Source: Acidobacteriaceae bacterium
GTDB lineage: Bacteria > Acidobacteriota > Terriglobia > Terriglobales > Acidobacteriaceae
Reading direction: 5' to 3'
Length of the DNA stretch: 46,800 nucleotides
Assembly (NCBI GenBank): GCA_035552995.1
Contig: DATNEM010000069.1
Span: 1-46,800 of the forward strand
A model generated the notes under the pieces. It saw only the letters and a list, made by a program, of their open reading frames with translations, made no database searches and was not told the origin of the DNA. Both the position numbers and the translations under genes were made by a program. Positions 18,880-27,962 of the stretch are shown here, in pieces (position 1 is the stretch's first letter; every line of letters starts with the position of its first letter).

Positions 18880-19090
18880 CCCCCTCCCCCTCCCTATCCA
18901 ATTCTCTATATTCTTGATTCTATTGTTCTTACGTCCCATCTTCTTGATTGCAAACGGCTTATGGATAAAGCCTTGAAAACAAACGAGCCGAAGGCAATCT
19001 GATTGTGGTTTTCTCACAACTGACTTCTCTTAAAGTATAGCAGGTCTGTCAAGAGTAGACGAGAGTAAGGCATTGATTCTAAAAGCGGAA
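18880..19090. repeat. Composite AT-rich intergenic element, copy A
   Basis: CCCCCTCCCCC followed by three units spaced 29-30 nt (CTTGA at 18913, 18943, 18972), TATAGCAGGT, and a fourth unit at 19066 matching the IHF consensus WATCAANNNNTTR on the minus strand. Confidence 0.55.
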
Positions 19091-19264
19091 ATGGGTAACA
19101 CGTCCGACGCGCGCCGCTCCGGACGGACAAGCCGCCAGCTCCGCGATTCAAGAGCGGTTGTGGATGAAGCTGGAGGCGGTGAAAGCGCCGGGCCGATGTG
19201 ATGGTGGTCGACAGCGCGCAGAGGCGCCAGCCAACTAGACGGCCAAGCGAAATAGTGAACGTGC

Positions 19265-19305
19265 TTGACGCGAGACCATTCACCGCGTAACTTTGCAATA
19301 CAAAG
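19265..19305 (+). promoter_or_regulatory. Sigma70 promoter with overlapping operator palindrome
   Basis: TTGACG-N17-TAACTT; CTTTG-CAATA-CAAAG (19291-19305) overlaps the -10 box and predicted TSS. Confidence 0.7.
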
Positions 19306-19317
19306 CATAGTTGCCCT

Positions 19318-19941
19318 ATGAGCGATCTCAACCAGGCACTTGTCGATATCCGCGCGATCCGCAGGCAGATGGCGGAGGCGACGGAGTTTCGCGGGTACGG
19401 GCCGCTCACGCTCTTTGGGACGGCAGTGGCGGCCTTGGCGGCAGGAGCGGCGCAGGCGTATTGGGTTTCCGATCCAGCAAATCATCCAGCGCAATATGTG
19501 GCGTTGTGGCTGGCGACCGGCGTTTTTTCGGCGGGGCTGATCGCGATGCAAATGCTGACGCGCGCCAACCGCCTGCATTCCGGTATGGCGGACGAGATGA
19601 TCCGGATGGCAGTGGCACAATTTCTTCCCGCGGCGATTGCGGGGGCGATTCTTCCATTTGTGCTGCTTCATGCAGCGCCGGGCGTGATATGGATGCTGCC
19701 CGGGCTGTGGCAGATTGTGTTCGCACTCGGGGTGTTCGCTTCGTGCAGATGCCTGCCGCGTGCGATGTATCTGGCGGGCGCTTGGTTTCTGTTCACCGGA
19801 CTGGTCTGCGTTTCGGTGGGAGATGCGCGCGCTCTGGCGCCGGCAGCGATGGCGGTTCCGTATGGCTTGGGCATGGCGATGGTTGCGGCTATCCATCACT
19901 TTTCCCAAAAGAAGGCACAGACCAATGACGAAGAAGTCTAA
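19318..19941 (+). CDS. Hypothetical polytopic membrane protein
   Basis: About six hydrophobic segments; N-terminal amphipathic ALVDIRAIRRQM; overlaps the downstream regulator. Confidence 0.8.
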   Translation: MSDLNQALVDIRAIRRQMAEATEFRGYGPLTLFGTAVAALAAGAAQAYWVSDPANHPAQYVALWLATGVFSAGLIAMQMLTRANRLHSGMADEMIRMAVAQFLPAAIAGAILPFVLLHAAPGVIWMLPGLWQIVFALGVFASCRCLPRAMYLAGAWFLFTGLVCVSVGDARALAPAAMAVPYGLGMAMVAAIHHFSQKKAQTNDEEV

Positions 19942-20311
19942 GGCTGCGGCTCCCTTTGCGTATGAAGGCCTAAGCCGTGTGATCCATGAGCGCGCGCGGC
20001 TCAGTGTGCTGACCTCGCTAATGACCCATCCGAAAGGGCTGAGCTTTGTGGAGTTGAAACGGCTCTGCGCGCTGACAGACGGCAATCTTGCAAGGCATCT
20101 GCAGGTGCTGGAAGAGGACGACATGGTGCGAATCACGAAGGACGGCGATGGCGCGAAAGCGCAGACGACGGTCCGGGTGACAGCTTCGGGACGCAGCCGC
20201 TACCTCGAATATCTCCGTGTGCTGGAACAGGTGGTGCGCGATGCGACCGCTGTGCAGCATGACGAAGGCGAGAACTTTTCTCTGAGGAATCTGAGGCCAG
20301 TGAAGGCTTAG
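19925..20311 (+). CDS. Winged-helix transcriptional regulator (HTH_34/ArsR-like)
   Basis: IHERARLSVLTSL...SFVELKRLCALTDGNLARHLQVLEE...TTVRVTASGR pattern. Confidence 0.85.
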   Translation: MTKKSKAAAPFAYEGLSRVIHERARLSVLTSLMTHPKGLSFVELKRLCALTDGNLARHLQVLEEDDMVRITKDGDGAKAQTTVRVTASGRSRYLEYLRVLEQVVRDATAVQHDEGENFSLRNLRPVKA

Positions 20312-20440
20312 AGAAAGTGCCCGGGCTGAAGCCCATGGTTTCTTGTGGCTGGCGAGCCTATCTCGCTCTGGCCGCGATTGGGATGAGGGGAAGACTTGCC
20401 ATGGTTGAAACACGTCTATGCTGGCAAGGAAGGTGTCTCA

Positions 20441-21397
20441 ATGCGATGGCGCGTTTGGCTGTTGGTGCTACTGGTGATTGGAGTGATCGGGGCCCCGGCG
20501 CAGACTTCCGCTCCTGTAGCGGCTGACAGCACTCCAGCGGCTCTTAGCGCGGATACCACGCCTACCATCAAACTCCAGTCGAATCTGGTTGCCGTGTCGG
20601 CGATTGCGCGCGACAAGGACGGCAAGCCGCTCTCCGGCCTCACTCGTGATGCATTCGTGCTGAAGGAAGATGGAAAGCAGCAAGCCATCACGTATTTCTC
20701 GCAGGGGTCCGATCTGCCGCTGACGCTGGCGTTGATGGTGGACACAAGCCGCAGCCAGCGTGGCTACATCGCCGATGAGATAGCCGCAGGCCACGCCTTT
20801 TTTCCCGCGATGCTCACGCGGCCGGACGATCGTGCAGTCCTCATCCAGTTCGAATCTACCGTGCTGCAGCTGGTAAAGCTCACAAACTCCGCTACGACCC
20901 TCGAACATGGCCTGGCGTATCTAACGCAATCGCACGATGACATTGCCGTGGCCGGTCCGCGTGGAGGCGGCACGCTACTGTATGACGCCATTGTGGCCGT
21001 CTCGCGCCTGGCGTTGGGGAACCAGTTTGGACGTCGCGCGATGGTGATCCTGACCGATGGCGGCGACGACGGAAGCCACTTCAAGGCGAAGGATGCGATC
21101 CGCGCTGCGCAGGGCGCCGACATCATGATCTACTCCGTCTACTACTCGAGTGGCGGCGGGAGTATCGGCGCATTGAATGACCTGTCGAAAGCCACCGGAG
21201 GCCGTGTGTTTACCGTAGGCGCGCAAAACTCGCTGCAGCAGATTTATGCCGACATTGCCACGGACATGCGCCAGCAGTACGAACTTGGCTACGTGCCTCC
21301 GCCATCCAAGCCAGACAAATATCACAAGATCGATCTCACGCCGAAGGACAAGATGCTGACCGTACAGGCGCGGGAGGGATACTACACGCCGAAGTAG
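20441..21397 (+). CDS. VWA domain protein, acidobacterial type (TIGR03436-like)
   Basis: AAGGAAGG RBS; signal peptide; MIDAS DTSRS, TLLYDA and LTDGGD; QYELGY...AREGYY. Confidence 0.88.
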   Translation: MRWRVWLLVLLVIGVIGAPAQTSAPVAADSTPAALSADTTPTIKLQSNLVAVSAIARDKDGKPLSGLTRDAFVLKEDGKQQAITYFSQGSDLPLTLALMVDTSRSQRGYIADEIAAGHAFFPAMLTRPDDRAVLIQFESTVLQLVKLTNSATTLEHGLAYLTQSHDDIAVAGPRGGGTLLYDAIVAVSRLALGNQFGRRAMVILTDGGDDGSHFKAKDAIRAAQGADIMIYSVYYSSGGGSIGALNDLSKATGGRVFTVGAQNSLQQIYADIATDMRQQYELGYVPPPSKPDKYHKIDLTPKDKMLTVQAREGYYTPK

Positions 21398-21468
21398 ATC
21401 GGGGCAGGCACATTCAGGAGCCCTGCGAACAGCTGTACCCAGCGACTTTCCATTGCATATCCGGCGGA

Positions 21469-21505
21469 TTGACTTTCCCCGCTTCAATGTCTACATTGTA
21501 GACAT
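21469..21505 (+). promoter_or_regulatory. Sigma70 promoter with -10 box inside a perfect 19-bp palindrome
   Basis: TTGACT-N17-TACATT; ATGTCTACA-T-TGTAGACAT at 21487-21505. Confidence 0.7.
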
Positions 21506-21508
21506 GGT

Positions 21509-22777
21509 TTGCCCGAAAGTGAGTCACGGCGAAACAGGAAGAGATTCCTATTGACCGCGCTGCGTTACATCGCGAAAGTTGTCCGGGGCGCCGCGTTGCT
21601 CGCTGCCTTCGTCGCATCGGGGATTGCAGTCCTGCTATGCCTGTTATGGCTCGACCACCGGCGCGATACTACTTTGTTGCCGCCAACCGGCCCTTTTGCG
21701 GTAGGCCGCACCATGGAGGAATGGGACGATCCGGGAAAACCTGAATTACTTGCGCCGTCACCGGAGCCGGAGCCGCGGAGGATGGTGGCGTGGATATGGT
21801 ATCCGGCGAAGAAAGAGGCGTCTCCGCATTTTGCGCCGTATCTTCCGCCTGCGTGGCGGCAAGCGATGGAGCAACACGAGGGAGTTCTTCTCAGCCGCAT
21901 TCTTACTCGGGACTTGTCGCGGGTCCGCACCCACAGCGAGATGGATGCCGAGGTTGCGTCCGATGAGGCACAGTATCCGATTGTGCTGATGCGTGCAGGC
22001 GCATCTGCGTTGACGACCGACTATACGGAGATCGCGGAGGACCTGGCGAGCCATGGCTACGTTGTGGTGGGGGTGGATGCGCCGTATCGAACGGTATTAG
22101 TAGTGCTGAACAACGGGAAGGTTGTGAACCGAGCGCGGCAGAATGATGCAGAGCTTGTGAGCGGACCAGAGCAGGAGCAGCTTGGGGCGAAGCTTGTGAA
22201 CGCCTGGAGTTCCGATACGAGTTTTGCTGTAGATGAACTGCAGAAGCTCTCCCAAAGCGACAGCAGGTTCCGCAACAGGCTCGATTTTGGACGCATTGGC
22301 ATGGTTGGTCATTCTTTGGGTGGGGCTACGGCGCTGCAGTTTTGCCATGATGACATGCGATGCAAGGTGGGGGTTGATATCGATGGCGCGCCACAAGGGC
22401 CGGTGATTCATGAAAGGCTGTCACAGCCCCTTCTGTTTCTTCTCAGCGATCATCGTCACGATCCAAAGGAAGAGGTCCGCCAGGTGAAGAGCGACATTGC
22501 TTCCATCTATGACCAGTTGCCGCCGGACCGGCGCCTGGAAGTTGTGATGCGAGGCGCAAACCATTACGGCTTCAAGGATGATGGCGCTCTGCTGAAAAGC
22601 CCCCCACTTCGCTGGGTCTTACGAAAGGCGAACGTAATTGGCATGGAGGGGCCTCGCCAACTGGAGTTGACGAGAGACTGTGTTCGTTCCTTTCTGGATA
22701 TTGCGCTGCAACAAGGTGGCGCACCCTCGGGTTTCGCAACGGCATGCGCGGGTGATGACTTCGATCGCATTCCTTGA
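21509..22777 (+). CDS. Alpha/beta hydrolase, PAF-acetylhydrolase-like (true start may be TTG 21551)
   Basis: N-terminal TM; PTGPFAVG, WYPA, EDLASHGYVVVGVD, GHSLGG nucleophile, DIDG and GANH. Confidence 0.85.
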   Translation: MPESESRRNRKRFLLTALRYIAKVVRGAALLAAFVASGIAVLLCLLWLDHRRDTTLLPPTGPFAVGRTMEEWDDPGKPELLAPSPEPEPRRMVAWIWYPAKKEASPHFAPYLPPAWRQAMEQHEGVLLSRILTRDLSRVRTHSEMDAEVASDEAQYPIVLMRAGASALTTDYTEIAEDLASHGYVVVGVDAPYRTVLVVLNNGKVVNRARQNDAELVSGPEQEQLGAKLVNAWSSDTSFAVDELQKLSQSDSRFRNRLDFGRIGMVGHSLGGATALQFCHDDMRCKVGVDIDGAPQGPVIHERLSQPLLFLLSDHRHDPKEEVRQVKSDIASIYDQLPPDRRLEVVMRGANHYGFKDDGALLKSPPLRWVLRKANVIGMEGPRQLELTRDCVRSFLDIALQQGGAPSGFATACAGDDFDRIP

Positions 22778-22824
22778 AGATTGCGAAGGCTATTGCACGC
22801 CGAGTAGGCTATGGCTCTTGTCTC

Positions 22825-23424
22825 ATGGGGCTGATGCCGGACCTTATCCAAATTGTCGATGCTGCACTTGCCGATGCCGCTCGCCGCAGCGGGGCTCATC
22901 TGGTATGCCGTCCCGGCTGTACGCAGTGCTGCGTCGGCGTCTTCGCGATCTCGCAGCAGGACGCGACGCGTCTGCGCGAGGGGCTCGTTCAGCTCTCGCA
23001 AACGGATGCGCCCCGTGCCGATCGTGTACGTCATCGTGTCGCAGCATCCATCGCACGGCTGGAGTTCAGTTTCCCCGGCGATCCGGCGACGGGGATTCTC
23101 GCAGAGGATTTGGAGGCTGAGGATGCCTTTGAAAGCTTCGGTAATGAGGAGGTGTGTCCCGTCCTCGATCCGGCGAACGGAACCTGCGATCTCTACTCGG
23201 CGCGTCCCGTTCTGTGCAGGACCTTTGGCCCGCCCATGCGCGACGCCGATGGCAATCTGGCCGCATGCGAGCTCTGTTACACCGGTGCGACAGAAGAAGA
23301 GATCGCGGCGTGCGAGGTCGATCCCGGCATCCCGGCGATCGAAGAACGCAGCCATGAGGCCTTCAATGTTGCCCATGGCGTTTGCGGGGAGACTATCGTT
23401 GCTTTCGCGCTGAGCTCGCGCTAG
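22825..23424 (+). CDS. YkgJ family cysteine-cluster (CxxCxxCC) protein
   Basis: CRPGCTQCC, CPVLD, CDLYSARPVLCRTFG. Start uncertain (22774, 22825 or 22834). Confidence 0.85.
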   Translation: MGLMPDLIQIVDAALADAARRSGAHLVCRPGCTQCCVGVFAISQQDATRLREGLVQLSQTDAPRADRVRHRVAASIARLEFSFPGDPATGILAEDLEAEDAFESFGNEEVCPVLDPANGTCDLYSARPVLCRTFGPPMRDADGNLAACELCYTGATEEEIAACEVDPGIPAIEERSHEAFNVAHGVCGETIVAFALSSR

Positions 23425-23445
23425 AGCGATCTAACACTCCTAAGC

Positions 23446-23476
23446 AAAAGAAATGCCCCACCCAGCAGGGCGGGGC
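23446..23476 (-). terminator. Rho-independent terminator of the porin gene
   Basis: Minus strand reads GCCCCGCCC-TGCT-GGGTGGGGC-ATTTCTTTT. Confidence 0.75.
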
Positions 23477-23499
23477 GAGTGGAAGACGTCTGTACCTAA

Positions 23500-25404
23500 C
23501 TACGGGATGTAGTAGCGCATGCCAGTAAAGATCATGTTGTCCAGGCCGCGCGGGCCGCTGGGCGTCGTGGCATTGCCGACGCCAGACCAGAGGTTGCGCT
23601 GGATGTACTGGTAGTTGACCTGGTACTGAATGCGACCATACTTCGGGCTGTTGGCAACGCGATAGGTAAAGCCGAGCAGGCCTTCCTGGATGTAGCGGGT
23701 GGGCGAAGCGCAACCGCTGGCTGAAGGCGAGCCGCCGGTAGAGGAGCCGGGATTGGTGGGGAGGGCGTAGCAGCCTGCGTCGTTCAGGTTGCGGGCGCCA
23801 TAACCCATCAGCGCGCCGTTCAGAGTTCCACCCGTTGGAGCGGTGATGGTGTAAACCGTGCGCTGGGCGTACTCCCCTCCGTAGTAAGCGTACAAGTCCA
23901 GCTTCGGCGTCGGGTGGGTCTCCAGCGAGAAGAGACCGTGATAGTTGCGGATGGGCTCGAGCGTGCCATCGGGATGGAGCGTTGCGTCGGCCAATTGCGC
24001 CGAGCCATAGCGGCCTGTGCCGTCGCCTGCCATGGCATAAGCAGCGATGTCCATGTACTTATTTGGCGAGACGCGTGCGCCGCCGAAGACGCCGCCCGCG
24101 GTTTTCGTGCTGCTGACATAGTTTTGCGAATAGATGTAGCTGCTCGCATTCGTAGTGAGAATCGGATAGTTGTAGTCGCGCATGAAGCGGGCGATGCCAC
24201 CCAGCTCAAAGTGCGCATGCGGCAGGTCGAAGGTGCTCTTCACCACGAAGTCCGGCGAGACGTTGTTGGCGTAGGTGCCATTGAAGGCGTTGTAGAGGCC
24301 GCCATTCTGGCCGGTGCCAGAAAAGAAGAAGTTGGTGGGAACCGCGCCGGCGGTCGCAGAAGTCGCGGTGAAGTTGGTGATCTGAGCGTTCTCGGCGGAG
24401 GCTGCCAGCGTGAGCATGCCGCCCTTCTTCACATCGCCGAAGGTCTGCTGAATGCGGATCGCAGGCTGACGCGCCCAGCTGAATCCAACGGTGTACTGCG
24501 CGTCGACGGAGTTGGGCAGCTTCTCCGTGCGGTTATTGGTGCTGGTGCCGGTCTCGGTGACGAGCGACCACATCTGGCCGCCCGTGATCGTGAAGCCACT
24601 GGCAAGCGCCGCCTGTCCCCAGAACTGGCGTTGCCGCAGGGTGTAGCTGTTGGATTGGTTGCCGTTGGAGGTAGTGCCGGAGCTGAGGAAGTCGCCCTCG
24701 AAATAGCCGGAGAGCTTGAACTTGCCGGCATCGCCGACGAAGAGCGCGCCGAGGCGGCTCTGGCGGCCGGAGAAGTTGAGTTCGCTGACGTGGCCCTGGT
24801 TGGCGCTGGGGAGCGGGATGGTATTGAACGGGGTGTTGATGTCGGAGTTGACGGAGCGCTGCCGCCACACGTTTTCAAATGCGAAGAAGGCGACCGGAGT
24901 AATGGTGACACCTTTGTAGTGGAGCGCAGCCGGCGAATCGATCTTCTCGTTCAGGTCGGCCTTGGTCGTGCTGATGGTGTCGATCAGGTTCGTCGCGTTG
25001 TTCTTCAGGTCAGTGACCGTGGTGTCGATCGCGTCCACCTTGGCCGCCTGGGCGTGCGCGGCGGTTTGCGCCTGCTCGGCTGCGGCGGTGGCGGACTGTG
25101 CCTGCTGGCTGGCTTCCGCAGCCTGCGACTGCGCGCTGGTGGCGGCGGACTGCGCGCTAGAGACAGCGGCATCCTTCGAAGCATTCTGCTGTTCCAGCGC
25201 TTCGATCTTTTTCTCGTCGGCTTCAACCTTCTCTTCCAACTCGCGGATCTCAGGCTGCTCGGCGGTCTCCTTTTTCGCCTTGCCAGGTTTCTTCATCGTG
25301 CTCGCGGAGGAGGACGTGCTCTGTGCGTGCAGCGGAAGTGCAGCGGATATTCCGACTCCGAAGATCAGCGTAAAGGCGATCGCTGCGGCGGCTTGTTTCT
25401 TCAT
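23500..25404 (-). CDS. Outer-membrane porin-like protein (DcaP-like) with N-terminal coiled coil
   Basis: Signal peptide; Ala/Gln-rich coiled coil; FSGRQSRLG, GYFEGDF, LRQRQFW and GGQMWS strands; aromatic C-terminal strand GMRYYIP. Confidence 0.7.
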   Translation of the reverse strand: MKKQAAAAIAFTLIFGVGISAALPLHAQSTSSSASTMKKPGKAKKETAEQPEIRELEEKVEADEKKIEALEQQNASKDAAVSSAQSAATSAQSQAAEASQQAQSATAAAEQAQTAAHAQAAKVDAIDTTVTDLKNNATNLIDTISTTKADLNEKIDSPAALHYKGVTITPVAFFAFENVWRQRSVNSDINTPFNTIPLPSANQGHVSELNFSGRQSRLGALFVGDAGKFKLSGYFEGDFLSSGTTSNGNQSNSYTLRQRQFWGQAALASGFTITGGQMWSLVTETGTSTNNRTEKLPNSVDAQYTVGFSWARQPAIRIQQTFGDVKKGGMLTLAASAENAQITNFTATSATAGAVPTNFFFSGTGQNGGLYNAFNGTYANNVSPDFVVKSTFDLPHAHFELGGIARFMRDYNYPILTTNASSYIYSQNYVSSTKTAGGVFGGARVSPNKYMDIAAYAMAGDGTGRYGSAQLADATLHPDGTLEPIRNYHGLFSLETHPTPKLDLYAYYGGEYAQRTVYTITAPTGGTLNGALMGYGARNLNDAGCYALPTNPGSSTGGSPSASGCASPTRYIQEGLLGFTYRVANSPKYGRIQYQVNYQYIQRNLWSGVGNATTPSGPRGLDNMIFTGMRYYIP

Positions 25405-25688
25405 GGAACCTCGCTTGACTCAAGTTGGGAGCGGAGGGGTGCGCGCCGCGCGATACAACAGGGCCCGCGTGGCCCAGGCTGTCACACCCGCTCTGCTCGG
25501 TTGATTTCGCTTCTGAGGCTTTCAAGAGTGTGTGAACAGAGCGCTAATTTCAGGGCTTGCATCTGTTGAATTTGGAAGGAATTAACACCGCATTCACAAT
25601 CCCGGGCCTTCACGCGACCCATTTAAGGCACCCGCCGCGGACGCCTGCCGCATGGCCTGAGTTCGATCCGCTGGTTTACCGTAGTGGC

Positions 25689-27962
25689 ATGTTGCGGAAA
25701 TGGATCGGCGTTGCGGCTCTGACGTGGGGATTGCTGGCGGGGATTGGCGAATGTACGTCATGCGCGCAGGCGCTGAATCTGATCCCGATGCCGCGTGAAC
25801 TGGCCGTGTCAGGTACCGAGTTGCTCAAGGGCCAGATCGAAATTAACTGCGCCGCGCCTTGTGCGGCCGAGGACCAGTTCGCGATCGATGACCTGAAGAA
25901 GTGGCTGGCGGCGGATGGTGTCGAAGTGAACGCAGCCGCGACTGTACACGTGCTGGTGGCTCGGTATGGGACAAGTGTGGCGCAGCCCATCTTTCGCGAC
26001 TCCGCAACGCAGCCGGGCGAGGCAGTAGAGATGCCCGCCGAGATGCAGGCGGAGGGTTATGCCATCAGCCCGGACGGCCACGGCATCGCGCTCACGGCCG
26101 CAAGCGGACCGGGAATCTTTTACGCGCTGCAGACGGTGAAGCAGCTTGTCACCGGATATGGGGCGAATGCGGTGCTGCATACGGTGAAGGTACGCGACTG
26201 GCCGGCGATGAAATATCGCGGGCTGGACGATGATCTTTCGCGCGGGCCGGTAACGACGCTGGAGTTTGAGAAGAAGTTGATCCGCACCATTGCGGCGTAC
26301 AAGATCAACCTCTACTCGCCGTACTTCGAGCACACGATGCAATACGCATCGAACCCATTGATTGCGCCGCCGGGCGGAGGCATCAGCGCGGCGGATGCGC
26401 AGGAGCTGGTCGCCTACGCGCAGCAGTATCATGTGATTATCGTGCCGGAGCAGGAGGCGTTCGGGCATCTGCACAATGCGCTGATCTGGGAGCAATATCA
26501 GCCGCTGGCGGAGACGCCGCACGGCGCGGTGCTGGCGCCGGGCCAGGCCGGATCGGTCGCGCTGATCAAGCAGGAGTTCACCGAACTGGCTTCGCTGTAT
26601 CCTGGGCCGTTCCTGCACATCGGCGCGGACGAGACGGTAGATCTGGGCCTGGGGCAGACGAAACCGGATGTGGACGCGCGCGGGCTGGGCGCGGTCTACC
26701 TCGACTTCATGCAGCAGATTGCGACGGCATTGAAACCGCTGAACCGGCGGCTGCTTTTCTGGGGCGACATCGCGCAGAATTCGCCGGAGCTCCTGAAGAC
26801 GCTGCCGCAGAGCTTCAAGGACGAGACGATCGCGGTTGCCTGGGGCTACAACCCGGAGCCGAAAGGCTTCACGAAGGTGCTCGCGCCATTTACGCAGGCG
26901 GGCTTTGAGACGTGGGTCTCGCCGAGCGTGCACAACTTTCGCGTCGTGTATCCGGACTACGGGATGGGCCTCGAAAATATTCAGCAGTTCACGCGCGACG
27001 GGCAAAAGATGGGCTCGACCGGGCAGCTCAATACCATCTGGAACGACGACGGCGAGGGACTGATCAATCAGGATTGGTACGGCATCCTCTTTGGCGCGGC
27101 GTGCGCGTGGCAGCAGGGAGAGTCTTCAATACCTGCGTTCGAGAATGCGTATGGTCCGGTCTTCCACGGCGACACGACAGGCGCGCTGAATCAGGCGCAG
27201 CGCGAGTTGATGGCGGCGCACGCGGTATTGAAAGAGCAGGCGAAGGTCGGCGACGCGACGAACAACATCTTCTGGCTCGATCCGTGGTCGAAGGATGGAC
27301 AGAAGATAGGGGCCGAGGTCCGCCCGTACACGCATGAGTTGCGCATGCACGCGGAAGCCGCGCTGACGTTGATCGCAAAGGCAAGAGCCGCGGCAGGAGC
27401 GAATCCGATTGCGGGGCCGAGTGGCGCCGGAACCGGGCCAGCATCGACGATGTATGACGCAGCGAAGTTTGGCGCTGCATCGAGCGGGCTGCGCGAGCCG
27501 GATGCAGTGGATGCAATGGAGCTGGGCGCACGAAGGATGGATTTTATCGGCCTCAAGTTCCAGCTTGCAGATGAGATGGCGGGAGACTACGCGCGCGCGC
27601 AGGCCGATGCCTCGAGTACCGACCGCAAAGTGCGAGCGCAGGTAAGCCATGAGCTGGGCGATATGTATGGCGTGAACGGGCGGCTGGAGGACATGAGGAA
27701 CGGATACACGCTGCTGCGCGATCTGTTTGAGTCTGCGTGGCTGCGATCGAACCGGCCCTTCTGGCTGCGCAATGTGCTGGAGCAATACGATGCTGCGGCG
27801 CAGTTGTGGATTGCGCGCGCGGACAAGGTTCATAGCGCGCAGCGGCAATGGGTAGATTCGAAGACCCTGCCGAACGCGGCGGATCTGGGAATTCCGCCTG
27901 CTGCGATTGCTCCGGCGTTTGACGGTGCAGGTGGAGTGCCACCTCCGGCGGCGGCCCAATGA
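25689..27962 (+). CDS. Beta-N-acetylhexosaminidase (GH20)
   Basis: LIPMP, GIFYALQT, DWPAMKYRG, DLSRG and the catalytic HIGADE; coupled to nagA by an ATGA overlap. Confidence 0.88.
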   Translation: MLRKWIGVAALTWGLLAGIGECTSCAQALNLIPMPRELAVSGTELLKGQIEINCAAPCAAEDQFAIDDLKKWLAADGVEVNAAATVHVLVARYGTSVAQPIFRDSATQPGEAVEMPAEMQAEGYAISPDGHGIALTAASGPGIFYALQTVKQLVTGYGANAVLHTVKVRDWPAMKYRGLDDDLSRGPVTTLEFEKKLIRTIAAYKINLYSPYFEHTMQYASNPLIAPPGGGISAADAQELVAYAQQYHVIIVPEQEAFGHLHNALIWEQYQPLAETPHGAVLAPGQAGSVALIKQEFTELASLYPGPFLHIGADETVDLGLGQTKPDVDARGLGAVYLDFMQQIATALKPLNRRLLFWGDIAQNSPELLKTLPQSFKDETIAVAWGYNPEPKGFTKVLAPFTQAGFETWVSPSVHNFRVVYPDYGMGLENIQQFTRDGQKMGSTGQLNTIWNDDGEGLINQDWYGILFGAACAWQQGESSIPAFENAYGPVFHGDTTGALNQAQRELMAAHAVLKEQAKVGDATNNIFWLDPWSKDGQKIGAEVRPYTHELRMHAEAALTLIAKARAAAGANPIAGPSGAGTGPASTMYDAAKFGAASSGLREPDAVDAMELGARRMDFIGLKFQLADEMAGDYARAQADASSTDRKVRAQVSHELGDMYGVNGRLEDMRNGYTLLRDLFESAWLRSNRPFWLRNVLEQYDAAAQLWIARADKVHSAQRQWVDSKTLPNAADLGIPPAAIAPAFDGAGGVPPPAAAQ

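Noticed and set aside
18907-18990. Approximately 30-nt periodic repeats as a CRISPR array
   Set aside because: Units are degenerate, leave no room for spacers, and no cas genes are present.
23914-25569. 551-aa plus-strand ORF
   Set aside because: Antisense shadow of the porin gene, expected with high-GC codon bias.
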